The position numbers and the translations under genes are program-made. Below are positions 1 to 8,898 of a stretch of 43,829 nt of DNA, one piece after another. Location: NCBI GenBank assembly GCA_039591655.1, contig JBDHDE010000019.1, positions 1-43,829 on the forward strand, written 5' to 3'. Numbering within the stretch: position 1 is the stretch's first letter; each line of letters opens with the position of its first letter. Source of the stretch: Gemmatimonadota bacterium (GTDB taxonomy: Bacteria; Gemmatimonadota; Gemmatimonadetes; Gemmatimonadales; GWC2-71-9). Below the pieces are notes generated by a model. It ran no database searches. It had not been told where the DNA came from and saw nothing but the letters and a program-made list of their open reading frames with translations.

Positions 1-762
1 TTCTTCACCCTCGCGCTCACGGGCATGGTGCTCAAGTTCTCCTACATGGGGTGGGCGCAGACCTTCGCCGCTCTGTTGGGGGGGTTCGCCACGACGGGGG
101 TGCTCCACCGCATGGGCGCCGTTGTCCTGATCGGGACGTTTCTTGTGCACCTGTGGGACGCGTGGAAGCAGAAGCGCTCGTCGGGACTCAGCTGGATGCA
201 GTTCTTCGCGACCCCCAACTCCTTGATCTTCAACAAGCGCGATGCCAAGGAGTTCTGGCAGTCGGTCAAGTGGTTCTTCGGCCGGGGCCCGCGGCCGCGC
301 TACGGGCGCTATACCTACTGGGAGAAGTTCGACTACTTCGCCGTGTTCTGGGGCATGTTCGTGATCGGATCAACGGGATTCTTCCTGTGGTTCCCGGAGT
401 TCTTCACGCTGGTGGTGCCGGGGTGGTGGGTGAACGTTGCCACCATCATTCACAGTGATGAGGCCCTGCTGGCGGTGGCCTTCATCTTCACGGTGCACTT
501 CTTCAACACGCACTTCCGGCTGGACAAGTTCCCCATGGATCCGGTCATCTTCACGGGCCGCGTGCCAGTGGAGGAGTTCAAGCGGGACAAGCCGGATGAA
601 TACGAGGAGCTGGTTAAGGCGGGCAAGCTGGAGGAGCACCTGGTGGAGCCGTATCCCAGGCGCCTCCAGATCGGATTCAGAGTCTTCGCGTTCGCGGCTC
701 TGGCCGTCGGTCTCATCCTCATCGCACTCATCGTCTACTCCATGCTCTTCGGGTACCGATGA
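1..762 (+). CDS. Cytochrome b (FdnI/HydC-like, CbcL-type) membrane domain, 5'-truncated by the window edge
   Basis: Frame is open from base 1. Several TM helices with His residues (LHR, VHL, IHSDE, VHFFNTH). Motifs RYTYWEKFDYFAVFWG, HSDEALLA and FPMDPVIFTG match my recollection of CbcL-like quinol oxidase b-domains. Confidence 0.75.
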   Translation, partial: FFTLALTGMVLKFSYMGWAQTFAALLGGFATTGVLHRMGAVVLIGTFLVHLWDAWKQKRSSGLSWMQFFATPNSLIFNKRDAKEFWQSVKWFFGRGPRPRYGRYTYWEKFDYFAVFWGMFVIGSTGFFLWFPEFFTLVVPGWWVNVATIIHSDEALLAVAFIFTVHFFNTHFRLDKFPMDPVIFTGRVPVEEFKRDKPDEYEELVKAGKLEEHLVEPYPRRLQIGFRVFAFAALAVGLILIALIVYSMLFGYR

Positions 763-821
763 GGTGCAATCGGGGCGTCGCTTTCGGGGGCGGGTGAGCT
801 CCTGGAATAGATGAAGGAACG

Positions 822-854
822 TTGAAGGAACGTTAATGAAAAAGGGAGCATTCT
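822..854 (+). promoter_or_regulatory. Putative OmpR-family direct-repeat box plus -10 element
   Basis: TTGAAGGAACGTTAAT (822-837) overlaps an 11-bp tandem repeat TGAAGGAACGT x2 (812-833). CATTCT lies 11 nt downstream. Confidence 0.45.
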
Positions 855-919
855 GGTCTGGACGCCTCTGGGTAAGGGCCGTACTATAGGCCAGTTACAG
901 TCCTACGGGGGAGGGGCTT

Positions 920-2440
920 ATGAGAAGGACCTTTGTCCTGGGGGCGGCTGTCGTCGGGGGACTGCTGACGATGGCGGCGCCGCTCCACGCACAGGGCTAC
1001 CAGGTGCGTCTCGACACCTGGTTCATGTCCTATGCTTACCGCGGCTACAGCCTGGACAGCATACAGTCGTCCGACGTGATTACCGGCCCCGACGGCGGGG
1101 CGATCACGCCGGACAGCTTTGCGGTCAGGTGCGGGGCCGGCGCCGACTACTGCACGTACTTCCCGCCGGATTCGTCGCTCCGGGGCAACCCGCTCGTGTC
1201 CACGCTTGAGGCGTCGCTCTGGGGCCTGGGGGTACAGGGCCTGAGATTCCGCCTCAAGGGGCGGGTGGGGGCCGACCTATCGGACTCGACGGTCTGGCCG
1301 GCGGTGAAGCCCACGGTTCAGTTGCTGGAGGCCTACGCCGAGTACAAGTACCGCGGGCTCACCGTTCTCGGCGGACGGTTCAACGAGATCTCGCGCCTGG
1401 GCTTCACCGGGCTCGACGGTGCCAAGGTGGGACTTCGCTTGTTCGACCGTAAGCTCGAGCTCGTGGGCTACGGCGGCTGGGGGCTCGCCGTGGGCGCCGT
1501 GATCCCCGTGACCAGCCAGTGGGTGAATCCGCTCGACCAGTATCAGCCCCAGAAACGGCAATACGTGCTGGGCGGTGGGGTGGGATGGAACCTGCCCGGG
1601 TTCAGCGGCCGCTGGCTATACCAGCGGGAGATCGACGGCGGTTCCGACCAGAACTACCTGTTCTCGGAGCGGACCTCGCTGGACGCCTCCTGGCGGCCGG
1701 TGTCGCGGATCACGATCAGCGGCGGCGCGGACTACAACATCGCCGTGGGCCAGTTCGGAACCGCCGACGTCACGGTCAGCTACGCCACGCCGAACCGGTT
1801 CCTCGGAACTTCCATCGGTTGGCGTCGCTACCGGCCGTACTTCCCGTTGTGGACCATCTGGGAGGCCTTCAGCCCGGTGTCGTACGATGCCGGCTGGGCG
1901 TCGGTCTACGTCTGGCCGACGCGGGGCCTCGAGCTCCGGGGCCGCGGCGAGGTGTACGGCTACAAGGAGACGGATACCGCGACGCCCACTGTGCGGGCGG
2001 AGAACGGTGGCTGGCGCTACTCCCTCGGCATCGGCTACAACGGGCTGCGCAACTGGCGGTTCGACTACGACTACACCGCGGTGAAGAGCGTGGGAGCGCA
2101 GGCTATCGGGTGGAACGCCCGCGTCACGTGGGAGCCGCTCCGCACGGTCTTCCTCACGGCGGATGGCGGCCGCCTGCTGCGTCCGCTGGAATTCCGCTAC
2201 AACGACGTGGATCTCTGGACGGCGGCGCTGCGGGCCGACTGGCGGCCGCTGCCGGACGTCCGGGCCATGGTCGAGGCGCGGTATTACGGTGAGGATCGCA
2301 AGCGTCCCGACGCGGCAGCGATCAACAACTGGGAGCAGATCCGCATCAACGCCGGCCTGACCCTCTACTTCGGGTCGGGGGCTGATACGCCGTCGTTGCA
2401 TCCCGCGATCCTACGCATCCCCGAAAGCCGGAGTGAGTGA
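920..2440 (+). CDS. Outer-membrane beta-barrel protein (putative porin of a porin-cytochrome conduit)
   Basis: Sec signal (APLHA/Q), many alternating aromatic/Gly beta-strands, GGAGG RBS, 3 nt upstream of a 12-heme cytochrome. Confidence 0.7.
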   Translation: MRRTFVLGAAVVGGLLTMAAPLHAQGYQVRLDTWFMSYAYRGYSLDSIQSSDVITGPDGGAITPDSFAVRCGAGADYCTYFPPDSSLRGNPLVSTLEASLWGLGVQGLRFRLKGRVGADLSDSTVWPAVKPTVQLLEAYAEYKYRGLTVLGGRFNEISRLGFTGLDGAKVGLRLFDRKLELVGYGGWGLAVGAVIPVTSQWVNPLDQYQPQKRQYVLGGGVGWNLPGFSGRWLYQREIDGGSDQNYLFSERTSLDASWRPVSRITISGGADYNIAVGQFGTADVTVSYATPNRFLGTSIGWRRYRPYFPLWTIWEAFSPVSYDAGWASVYVWPTRGLELRGRGEVYGYKETDTATPTVRAENGGWRYSLGIGYNGLRNWRFDYDYTAVKSVGAQAIGWNARVTWEPLRTVFLTADGGRLLRPLEFRYNDVDLWTAALRADWRPLPDVRAMVEARYYGEDRKRPDAAAINNWEQIRINAGLTLYFGSGADTPSLHPAILRIPESRSE

Positions 2441-2443
2441 CCG

Positions 2444-3409
2444 ATGAAAGCGATGATGACGCTTGCCGTTGCGGCGGTCTTTACCGCCGCGGTTGGCACC
2501 GGCCCGGCGCCGGCTCCGGTGGACGGGCAACAGGCTCAGCAGTTCGATCATGCGCGGCACAGCGCGCTCTTCACGTCCTGCAGCATGTGCCACTCGGGTG
2601 TGGGGACGGTTGATGGCGCGTTCTATCCGGATCCCTCGTTCTGCGCCTCGTGCCACAACGGGCAGATGCAGCCCAGGGTGGACTGGCAGCCGCCGGCCTA
2701 CGTGCCCAGAGCGGACCTCAAGTTCAACCACGCCGAGCACCCACCGGTGGACTGCACCAGCTGTCACCAGCAAGAGGGCGCTTCCTGGATGGCGGTGGAG
2801 ACGGCCGTAGTGGAGCAGTGCCTGGCCTGTCACGGGATCGAGGCAGGGCACCACGACGCGCCGGCATCACCATGCGGGCAATGCCACATGCAGGCGCCCA
2901 AGCCGGCCACGCACATAGGGGACTTCCCCACGATGCACGGTGTGGAGGCTGCGGCCGGTCCGGAGACCTGCGCGGGCTGCCACGTGCGCACCGACTGCCT
3001 GGAGTGCCACCGGCCGGGCGCCGCGACGCCGGCGCCGGACTATCATCCGGCGGACATGCTGCAACAGCACCCGGTGCAGGCCTGGGCGCCGCTGGCGGAG
3101 TGCAGCAACTGTCACAACGTGGGGCAGTTCTGCCAGGACTGTCACCAGAATGCCGGCCTGGTGTCCGGTGACAACCGCATTGGCGCCGGTTATCACGACG
3201 CGAACCCGAACTTCAGCGTGGGCCACGGCCAGGCGGCGCGCCAGTCCCTGGAGGCATGTGTGGCTTGCCACACTGAGGCGGACTGCGTGCGGTGCCACTT
3301 CAACGCGAGCCCACACGGGCCTAATTGGGCGGAGACCGCCGAGAAGATCCGCAGCCGGAACCCGACTTCCTGCTCGGTGTGCCACGTGGGTGGTATTCCG
3401 GGAGGTTGA
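2444..3409 (+). CDS. Periplasmic multiheme cytochrome c, 12 CxxCH
   Basis: Signal peptide; 12 CxxCH motifs counted; FDHARH/FNHAEH c3-like His motifs. Confidence 0.9.
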   Translation: MKAMMTLAVAAVFTAAVGTGPAPAPVDGQQAQQFDHARHSALFTSCSMCHSGVGTVDGAFYPDPSFCASCHNGQMQPRVDWQPPAYVPRADLKFNHAEHPPVDCTSCHQQEGASWMAVETAVVEQCLACHGIEAGHHDAPASPCGQCHMQAPKPATHIGDFPTMHGVEAAAGPETCAGCHVRTDCLECHRPGAATPAPDYHPADMLQQHPVQAWAPLAECSNCHNVGQFCQDCHQNAGLVSGDNRIGAGYHDANPNFSVGHGQAARQSLEACVACHTEADCVRCHFNASPHGPNWAETAEKIRSRNPTSCSVCHVGGIPGG

Positions 3410-3430
3410 TCCACCGGTGTGCGGTGCGGA

Positions 3431-3458
3431 TTGACAACTGAGGGGTATGAGTTATAGG
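3431..3458 (+). promoter_or_regulatory. Putative sigma70 promoter
   Basis: TTGACA (3431-3436), 16 nt, TATAGG (3453-3458). Confidence 0.4.
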
Positions 3459-3562
3459 GCGGCGTATGCCCCGCAGTGGTGTACGCCGCCCTTGCAGGCC
3501 GGTCATTCAGCGAGCATTTTCGGAGTAGAAGACCGGTGCAGTCGCAGCTTGCGGTGGTGGGG

Positions 3563-3578
3563 TGTGATCCAGATCACA
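3563..3578. promoter_or_regulatory. CRP/FNR-family-like (or Rex-like) operator
   Basis: TGTGATCCAGATCACA is one mismatch from the CRP consensus TGTGATCTAGATCACA and lies 62 nt upstream of the tetraheme gene. Confidence 0.6.
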
Positions 3579-3640
3579 TTTGGCATCCTGCTGCCCACTT
3601 GATAGAGGGTTTGGTTGCCCAATCAAAGGGGGGGAGATCC

Positions 3641-4042
3641 ATGAAACGAGTGCTCGGTACGATTGCGGTGCTCGCGCTCGCCGCGGTGTGGGCGGCGCCG
3701 GCGCTCGCCCAGGAAGAGGCCAAGCCCCCGGCCGTCAGCCACGACGTGCAGGGTCGCGAGCAGTGCATGATGTGCCACACGCCCGGGGCCATGGAGGCGG
3801 TGCCCGACGCGCCAGCCAACCATGAAGGCCGGGACGTCGCGGTCTGCTTGTGGTGCCACGCCGCGGACTCGCCGATGCTCACCGCCACGCCCAAGGCAAC
3901 GCCGCACGACGTCGCGGGGCGTGAGCAGTGCATGATGTGCCACAAGGCGGGCGCGATGGAGGCGATTCCCGATGCTCCGGCTGATCACGAAGGCCGGGAC
4001 GTCACGTACTGCACGATGTGCCACACAGCAGGCGGCATGTAG
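3641..4042 (+). CDS. Small periplasmic tetraheme cytochrome c (tandem diheme modules)
   Basis: GGGGAG RBS before ATG 3641, signal peptide (APALA/Q), CMMCH, CLWCH, CMMCH, CTMCH; 55-aa internal duplication. Confidence 0.88.
   Translation: MKRVLGTIAVLALAAVWAAPALAQEEAKPPAVSHDVQGREQCMMCHTPGAMEAVPDAPANHEGRDVAVCLWCHAADSPMLTATPKATPHDVAGREQCMMCHKAGAMEAIPDAPADHEGRDVTYCTMCHTAGGM
3740..4025 (+). repeat. Intragenic tandem duplication with a 165-bp period
   Basis: HDVQGREQCMMCHTPGAMEAVPDAPANHEGRDVAVCLWCH vs HDVAGREQCMMCHKAGAMEAIPDAPADHEGRDVTYCTMCH; units start at 3740 and 3905. Confidence 0.85.
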
Positions 4043-4068
4043 GCTGCGCCGCAACACGACGGTGGCGG

Positions 4069-4101
4069 GCGGCCCCCGGGTCTCGCAGGCTCGGGGGCCG
4101 C
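4069..4101 (+). terminator. GC-rich hairpin, probable intrinsic terminator
   Basis: GCGGCCCCCGGGTCT-CGC-AGGCTCGGGGGCCGC after the cytochrome stop, followed by AGTAATTTG (weak U-tract). Confidence 0.55.
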
Positions 4102-4114
4102 AGTAATTTGTGCC

Positions 4115-4471
4115 ATGGCGCCGCCCCCCCGTTTCCGCGCCCCGGAGCGCATATTGCCTACCGGATCGTACGAGCAGATCTATGTCGTGGTCCGGCGCAT
4201 CCCCCGGGGCCGCGTGGCGACCTACGGTCAGGTGGCGGCCCTGGCGGGACTCGGCAGGCATGCCCGGCAGGTGGGTTACGCCCTGCACGCGCTGCCCCAC
4301 GGAACAACCGTGCCGTGGCATCGTGTGATCAACGCTAGGGGGGAGGTGAGCCGGCGCTCGGCGACCGGTGACGATGTCGTGCAGCGCCTGCGGCTCGAGG
4401 CCGAGGGTGTGGCGTTCGACGGCCGCGGTCGGGTTGACCTGGAGCGTTATCAGTGGAGGCCGCGGCGGTGA
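4115..4471 (+). CDS. Alkyltransferase-like protein (Atl1/YbaZ, MGMT family)
   Basis: IPRGRVATYGQVA...ARQVG...VPWHRVIN; Trp replaces the catalytic Cys of PCHR. Confidence 0.88.
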   Translation: MAPPPRFRAPERILPTGSYEQIYVVVRRIPRGRVATYGQVAALAGLGRHARQVGYALHALPHGTTVPWHRVINARGEVSRRSATGDDVVQRLRLEAEGVAFDGRGRVDLERYQWRPRR

Positions 4472-4512
4472 CCGCCGGGCCAAAGCGCGTGACATGAGCC
4501 AGAGGAGGAAGC

Positions 4513-4995
4513 ATGGTAGTGCTGGAGACCACCAAGGGGAGCATTACGATCGAGCTGTATACCGAGCAGGCCCCCGGCACGGTGGAGAACTTCCTGCAGT
4601 ACGTGGATGACGGGTTCTTCGACGGCACGATCTTCCACCGGGTCATCCCGGGGTTCATGATCCAGGGCGGCGGATTCACCGAAGCCATGGAGCAGAAGCC
4701 GGTCCGGCCGCCGATCAAGAACGAGGCCGACAACGGGCTCAAGAACGAGCGGGGCACGCTGGCGATGGCCCGCACCTCGGACATCAACAGCGCGACTGCT
4801 CAGTTCTTCGTGAACCTGACCGACAACGGCTTTCTGGATCACGGGTCGAGGGACTTCGGCTACGCGGTCTTTGGCAAGGTGGTCCAGGGCATGGAGGTGG
4901 TGGAGGAGATAGCCAAGGTGCCCACCGGCACCAAGCGCGGTCACGGGGACGTGCCGATGGAGACGGTGGCGATCCTATCGGCGAAGCGGCAATGA
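4513..4995 (+). CDS. ppiB: Cyclophilin-type peptidyl-prolyl cis-trans isomerase
   Basis: [39 protein letters not shown]. Confidence 0.92.
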   Translation: MVVLETTKGSITIELYTEQAPGTVENFLQYVDDGFFDGTIFHRVIPGFMIQGGGFTEAMEQKPVRPPIKNEADNGLKNERGTLAMARTSDINSATAQFFVNLTDNGFLDHGSRDFGYAVFGKVVQGMEVVEEIAKVPTGTKRGHGDVPMETVAILSAKRQ

Positions 4996-5660
4996 GCGAG
5001 GCGCGGTTCGTCCCCCTGCCGGGCTACCGGGAGTACCCGGAGGAGGAGATGGCCCGGCTGGCAGGGGCGTTCTTCGAGGAGATGAATCGGCGGCGCACCG
5101 TACGGCATTTCTCCGGCCGGCCGGTACCCCGGTCCATCATCGAGCAGTGCCTCCGGACCGCCGGCACGGCGCCCAGCGGTGCCAACCGGCAGCCGTGGCA
5201 GTTCGTCGCGGTGAGTGACCCTGACATCAAGCGTCGCATCCGGGAGGCGGCCGAGCGGGAAGAGCAGGCCTTCTACGAGGAACGGGCGCCCGAGGATTGG
5301 CTCGACGCCCTGGCCCCTCTGGGCACGGACGAGCACAAGCCGTTTCTGGAGATCGCGCCCTATCTCATCGCCGTCTTCGCCAGCCGGTACGGGCGCGCGG
5401 CCGACGGCGGCAAGGTGCGCAACTACTACGTGACGGAATCGGTGGGGCTCGCCACCGGCCTGCTCATCGCCGCGCTTCACCATGCCGGCCTGGCCACCCT
5501 CACCCACACCCCGAGCCCCATGGGGTTCCTCAACGAGATCCTGGGCCGCCCGGAGAGCGAGCGGCCGTTCCTGCTGCTGGTGGTGGGGTATCCCGCAGCG
5601 GATGCGGTGGTGCCGGATATCCGGCGCAAAGCCCTGGATCAGATCGCCACCTTCATGTAG
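4992..5660 (+). CDS. Nitroreductase family, iodotyrosine deiodinase-like
   Basis: [19 protein letters not shown], lid EEQAFY...[14 protein letters not shown], and THTPSPM. Confidence 0.82.
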   Translation: MSEARFVPLPGYREYPEEEMARLAGAFFEEMNRRRTVRHFSGRPVPRSIIEQCLRTAGTAPSGANRQPWQFVAVSDPDIKRRIREAAEREEQAFYEERAPEDWLDALAPLGTDEHKPFLEIAPYLIAVFASRYGRAADGGKVRNYYVTESVGLATGLLIAALHHAGLATLTHTPSPMGFLNEILGRPESERPFLLLVVGYPAADAVVPDIRRKALDQIATFM

Positions 5661-5679
5661 GCCTGCCAGGGGCTTCATC

Positions 5680-5717
5680 GTGAAGAAAGCTTCACATACG
5701 AATTAGAATAATACTAT
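5680..5717. promoter_or_regulatory. AT-rich operator-like region upstream of the sulfur cassette
   Basis: Palindrome GTGAAG-AAAG-CTTCAC (5680-5695) and imperfect palindrome TAGAATAATACTA (5704-5716). Confidence 0.4.
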
Positions 5718-5805
5718 AGCCCTATGTTACCTTCAGGCCAGTTGTGCTGCCTCGTTCCGGCGGTGCCCCGCCGGTGGGGGGAATCCAGACGAAGGAGCCA
5801 ACGGG

Positions 5806-7140
5806 ATGAAGCGCATCGTGATCTTGGGGGCCGGAACGGCCGGGACCATCATGGCCAACCGCCTCCGGAAGCTCCATAAGCGGGACCTCTCCGCCGGGGA
5901 GATCGGAATCACCATCGTCGACCAGGACGATGTGCACGTCTATCAGCCCGGCTTGCTGTTCGTCCCGTTCGGGATCTACACGCCCCAAGACTGCATCAAG
6001 CCGCGCCGCAGCCAGGTGACCCGGGACGTGCGCTACGTGTCCGGGGTGGTCGATCGCGTCGAGGCCGACGAGGACCGGGTGCATCTCCAGGGCGGGCAGA
6101 CCCTGGACTACGACGTCCTGATCATTGCCACTGGCACGCGGACCGCGCCGGAGGAGACCGAGGGGCTGACGGGTGCGGGGTGGCAGGAGAACATGTTCGA
6201 CTTCTACACCCTCGACGGCGCCACCAAGCTGGGTGCGGCGCTCGAGCGGTGGGAAGGCGGCAGGCTCGTCCTGAACATCGTGGAGATGCCCATCAAGTGC
6301 CCCATCGCGCCGTTGGAGTTCGTGTTCCTGGCGGACTGGTACTTCGGCAACAAGGGGATCCGCGACAAGGTCGAGATCGCGCTGGCGACCCCACTGGACG
6401 GTGCCTTCACCCGCCCCATCGCCTCCAAGGCGTTCGGCGACCTGCTGGAGCGGAAGGGCATCGAGCTGATCCCCGAGTTCAACGCCGGCGAGGTGGACGG
6501 TCCAAACGGCAAGCTCATTTCCTGGGACGAGCGCAGCGTGGACTTCGATCTCCTGGTGAGCGTCCCGCTCCACATGGGCGCCGACTTCGTAGAGCGGTCA
6601 CCTGGGCTGGGCGACGACATGCACTTCGTCCTCACCGACCAGGCGACGCTGCAGGCCAAGCGCAAGGACAACATATTCGCGGTGGGGGACGCCACGAATG
6701 TGCCGACGTCCAAGGCCGGCTCCGTGGCGCACTTCCAGGCAGAGATACTGGAGCAGAATATCAGGCGCTACCTGGCGGGCCAGCCGCTCGGGGAAGCGTT
6801 CGACGGCCACGCCAACTGCTTCATCGAGACCGGCTACAACAAGGCGGTGCTCATCGACTTCAACTACGAGGTCGAGCCGCTCCCCGGCAAGTTCCCGTTC
6901 GCCGGGGTGGGGCCGCTCTCCCTGCTGAGGGAGACCCGCCTCAACCACTGGGGCAAGATGTTCTTCCGGTGGATGTACTGGAACATGCTGCTGCCCGGGA
7001 TGGAGATCCCGGGTGTGCCTCCCCGGATGTCGCTGCGGGGAAAGCAGCAGGGCGACCTGCGGGAGCTCCAGCGGCATCAGCTGCCGGGCAGGTCACCGGA
7101 TTCCGTTGAATCCGGCGACGAATCGAACAGAGTCGCGTAG
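5806..7140 (+). CDS. Sulfide:quinone oxidoreductase-like FAD-dependent oxidoreductase
   Basis: ILGAGTAG Rossmann motif, HVYQPG, IKCPIAPLE, VGDAT...SKAGS, GHANCFIETG; next to TusE and DsrE genes. Confidence 0.8.
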   Translation: MKRIVILGAGTAGTIMANRLRKLHKRDLSAGEIGITIVDQDDVHVYQPGLLFVPFGIYTPQDCIKPRRSQVTRDVRYVSGVVDRVEADEDRVHLQGGQTLDYDVLIIATGTRTAPEETEGLTGAGWQENMFDFYTLDGATKLGAALERWEGGRLVLNIVEMPIKCPIAPLEFVFLADWYFGNKGIRDKVEIALATPLDGAFTRPIASKAFGDLLERKGIELIPEFNAGEVDGPNGKLISWDERSVDFDLLVSVPLHMGADFVERSPGLGDDMHFVLTDQATLQAKRKDNIFAVGDATNVPTSKAGSVAHFQAEILEQNIRRYLAGQPLGEAFDGHANCFIETGYNKAVLIDFNYEVEPLPGKFPFAGVGPLSLLRETRLNHWGKMFFRWMYWNMLLPGMEIPGVPPRMSLRGKQQGDLRELQRHQLPGRSPDSVESGDESNRVA

Positions 7141-7159
7141 TTACGAGAGGGGAAGGGAC

Positions 7160-7474
7160 ATGACGGCGACCATCGCAGGTATCTCGGTGGAAGTGGATGC
7201 GGAGGGCTTCCTGCAGAAGCCCGAGCAGTGGACCAAGGAGATCGCGGCGGAGATCGCGCAGGACTCCGGGATCGCGGAGCTCACCGATCGCCACTGGAAG
7301 GTGATCGAGTTCATGCGGAGCCGGTATCTGGAGACGGGCAGCGCTCCGTCGATTCGCTCGCTGGGCAAGGAGTCGGGCGTTCCCATCAAGGAGCTGTACA
7401 AGCTGTTCCCCAAGGGTCCGGCCAAGCTCGCGGCGAAGATCGGTGGAATCCCGAAGCCGCGCGGCTGCATCTGA
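7160..7474 (+). CDS. TusE/DsrC-family sulfur relay protein (single C-terminal Cys)
   Basis: VDAEGFL...W...LTDRHWKVIEFMR...LFPKGP...GIPKPRGCI; only the penultimate Cys is present. Confidence 0.88.
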   Translation: MTATIAGISVEVDAEGFLQKPEQWTKEIAAEIAQDSGIAELTDRHWKVIEFMRSRYLETGSAPSIRSLGKESGVPIKELYKLFPKGPAKLAAKIGGIPKPRGCI

Positions 7475-7499
7475 TACTCGCGGAGAGAAGGAAGGGCAG

Positions 7500-8009
7500 A
7501 TGACGACTACCATGCCTGATTCGGCAGCCGCCGCGACGCCGGCGAGCGAGCCGATCAAGAAGGTCTCGATCATCATCTCCAAGGGCTCGCTGGAAGGGGT
7601 TTATCCAGGCCTGATCATGGCGAACGGCGCCCGCATGGAGGGGATCGAGGCCAACGTGTTCTTCACGTTCTTCGGGATGGATGCCATCAGGAAGAAGAAG
7701 CAGGACGGCATCAAGGTCGCGACCGTCGGCAATCCCGGTCTCCATATGGCCACGTGGCTCGGAGGGTTTCCGGGAATGTCCGCCTTCGTGACCAAGATGA
7801 TGAAGAAGAAGATGGAGGAGCTAGACATTCCACCAATCTCAGAGTTCATTGAGATGATCGCCGACACCGGTGCGGGCGTCTACGCCTGCAAGGCCTCGGT
7901 GGACATGTTCAACCTCGCCAAGGACGACTTCGTCGATCACGTGACCGACATAATCACCGTGGGCGAGTTCTACGAAATGGCGGCTGGAGGCCAGATCGTC
8001 TTCACTTGA
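7500..8009 (+). CDS. DsrE/DsrF/DrsH-like (DsrE2) sulfurtransferase
   Basis: IIISKGSL, VFFTFFGM, YACKASVDMF, C-terminal QIVFT. Confidence 0.85.
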   Translation: MTTTMPDSAAAATPASEPIKKVSIIISKGSLEGVYPGLIMANGARMEGIEANVFFTFFGMDAIRKKKQDGIKVATVGNPGLHMATWLGGFPGMSAFVTKMMKKKMEELDIPPISEFIEMIADTGAGVYACKASVDMFNLAKDDFVDHVTDIITVGEFYEMAAGGQIVFT

Positions 8010-8159
8010 TCAGGCCGACCCGGGACACCCGTCCCGGTAGGGGATCCCCCCTGGAGCCCGGTGACGCGCAGTGGGTCAGTAGTCTCGCGCGGAGCCGGGC
8101 TTCCGTGTTGGGGGCGCGGAGGGTGGCGGCGTCGAGTCCCGCGGAGGAGATTACGCGGC

Positions 8160-8363
8160 ATGCTGAGGCGACTCCTCATCGTCGTTGCGGTAGCCGTGCT
8201 GTTGGTCCTGGACTGGGCCGCGCTGCACGACATCGCTGCGGGCGAGACCGACCTCACGGCTGAGTACGCCATGCTGGGCGTGAGCGTCGTGCTGGTGGCG
8301 CTGCTGCTGCGGGCCGCGTGGGGACCGCGCAGCCGGGCGGACGGCCCTCGGGAGAGAAGCTGA
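8160..8363 (+). CDS. Small two-TM hypothetical membrane protein
   Basis: GGAGGAG RBS, two hydrophobic helices, stop overlaps the next start (TGATG). Confidence 0.55.
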   Translation: MLRRLLIVVAVAVLLVLDWAALHDIAAGETDLTAEYAMLGVSVVLVALLLRAAWGPRSRADGPRERS

Positions 8364-8896
8364 TGTCGCAACCCGTGATTGGCCGCCCCAATCCGGGCGA
8401 GTACGACCCGTTCTACCAGGGATACCTGGACCACGTGCCCCAGGGAGACATCCTGGGGCTGTTGGAGCTACAACTTGGTAAGACGCTCGAGGCCGTGCGC
8501 GGGCTCACGGACGAGCAGGCTCGCTTCCGCTACGCCCCGGGGAAGTGGAGCATCAAGCAAGTGATCGGGCACCTGGCCGACGCGGAGCGGGTGCTCTCAT
8601 ATCGCGCGTTCCGCTTCAGCCGCGACGACCCCACGGCGCTGCCGGGCTTCGAGGAGGACGACTACGTCGCCAACTCCGTCTATGATGAGCGACCGCTCGA
8701 GGAAGTCGTGGAGGAGCTCGCCAGGGCCCGGGCTGCGAGCATCGCGTTCTTCCGCTCTCTCACCCCCGAGATGACCACCCGCCGCGGCGTGGCCAACGAG
8801 GCCGAGATCACGGTGCGGGCCCTCCCCTGGATCATCGTGGGACACGAGCGCCATCACCTCGCGGTACTGCGGGAGCGGTACTTCCCCCGGATCTAG
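8363..8896 (+). CDS. DinB/YfiT-family protein
   Basis: RYAPGKWSIKQVIGHLADAERV, LPGFEEDDY, GHERHH. Confidence 0.88.
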   Translation: MSQPVIGRPNPGEYDPFYQGYLDHVPQGDILGLLELQLGKTLEAVRGLTDEQARFRYAPGKWSIKQVIGHLADAERVLSYRAFRFSRDDPTALPGFEEDDYVANSVYDERPLEEVVEELARARAASIAFFRSLTPEMTTRRGVANEAEITVRALPWIIVGHERHHLAVLRERYFPRI

Positions 8897-8898
8897 GT

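Noticed and set aside
3581..3596. sigma54-like TGGCA...TGC after the CRP box
   Set aside because: The GG to GC spacing is 9 nt, not the required 10.
4115..4471. Active O6-methylguanine methyltransferase, or a functional link to uvrA
   Set aside because: PWHR replaces PCHR, so it is non-catalytic. uvrA is about 27 kb away with no evident linkage.
7160..7474. DsrC as a marker of dissimilatory sulfite reduction
   Set aside because: It lacks the second conserved Cys, and no dsrAB or dsrMK genes are in the window.
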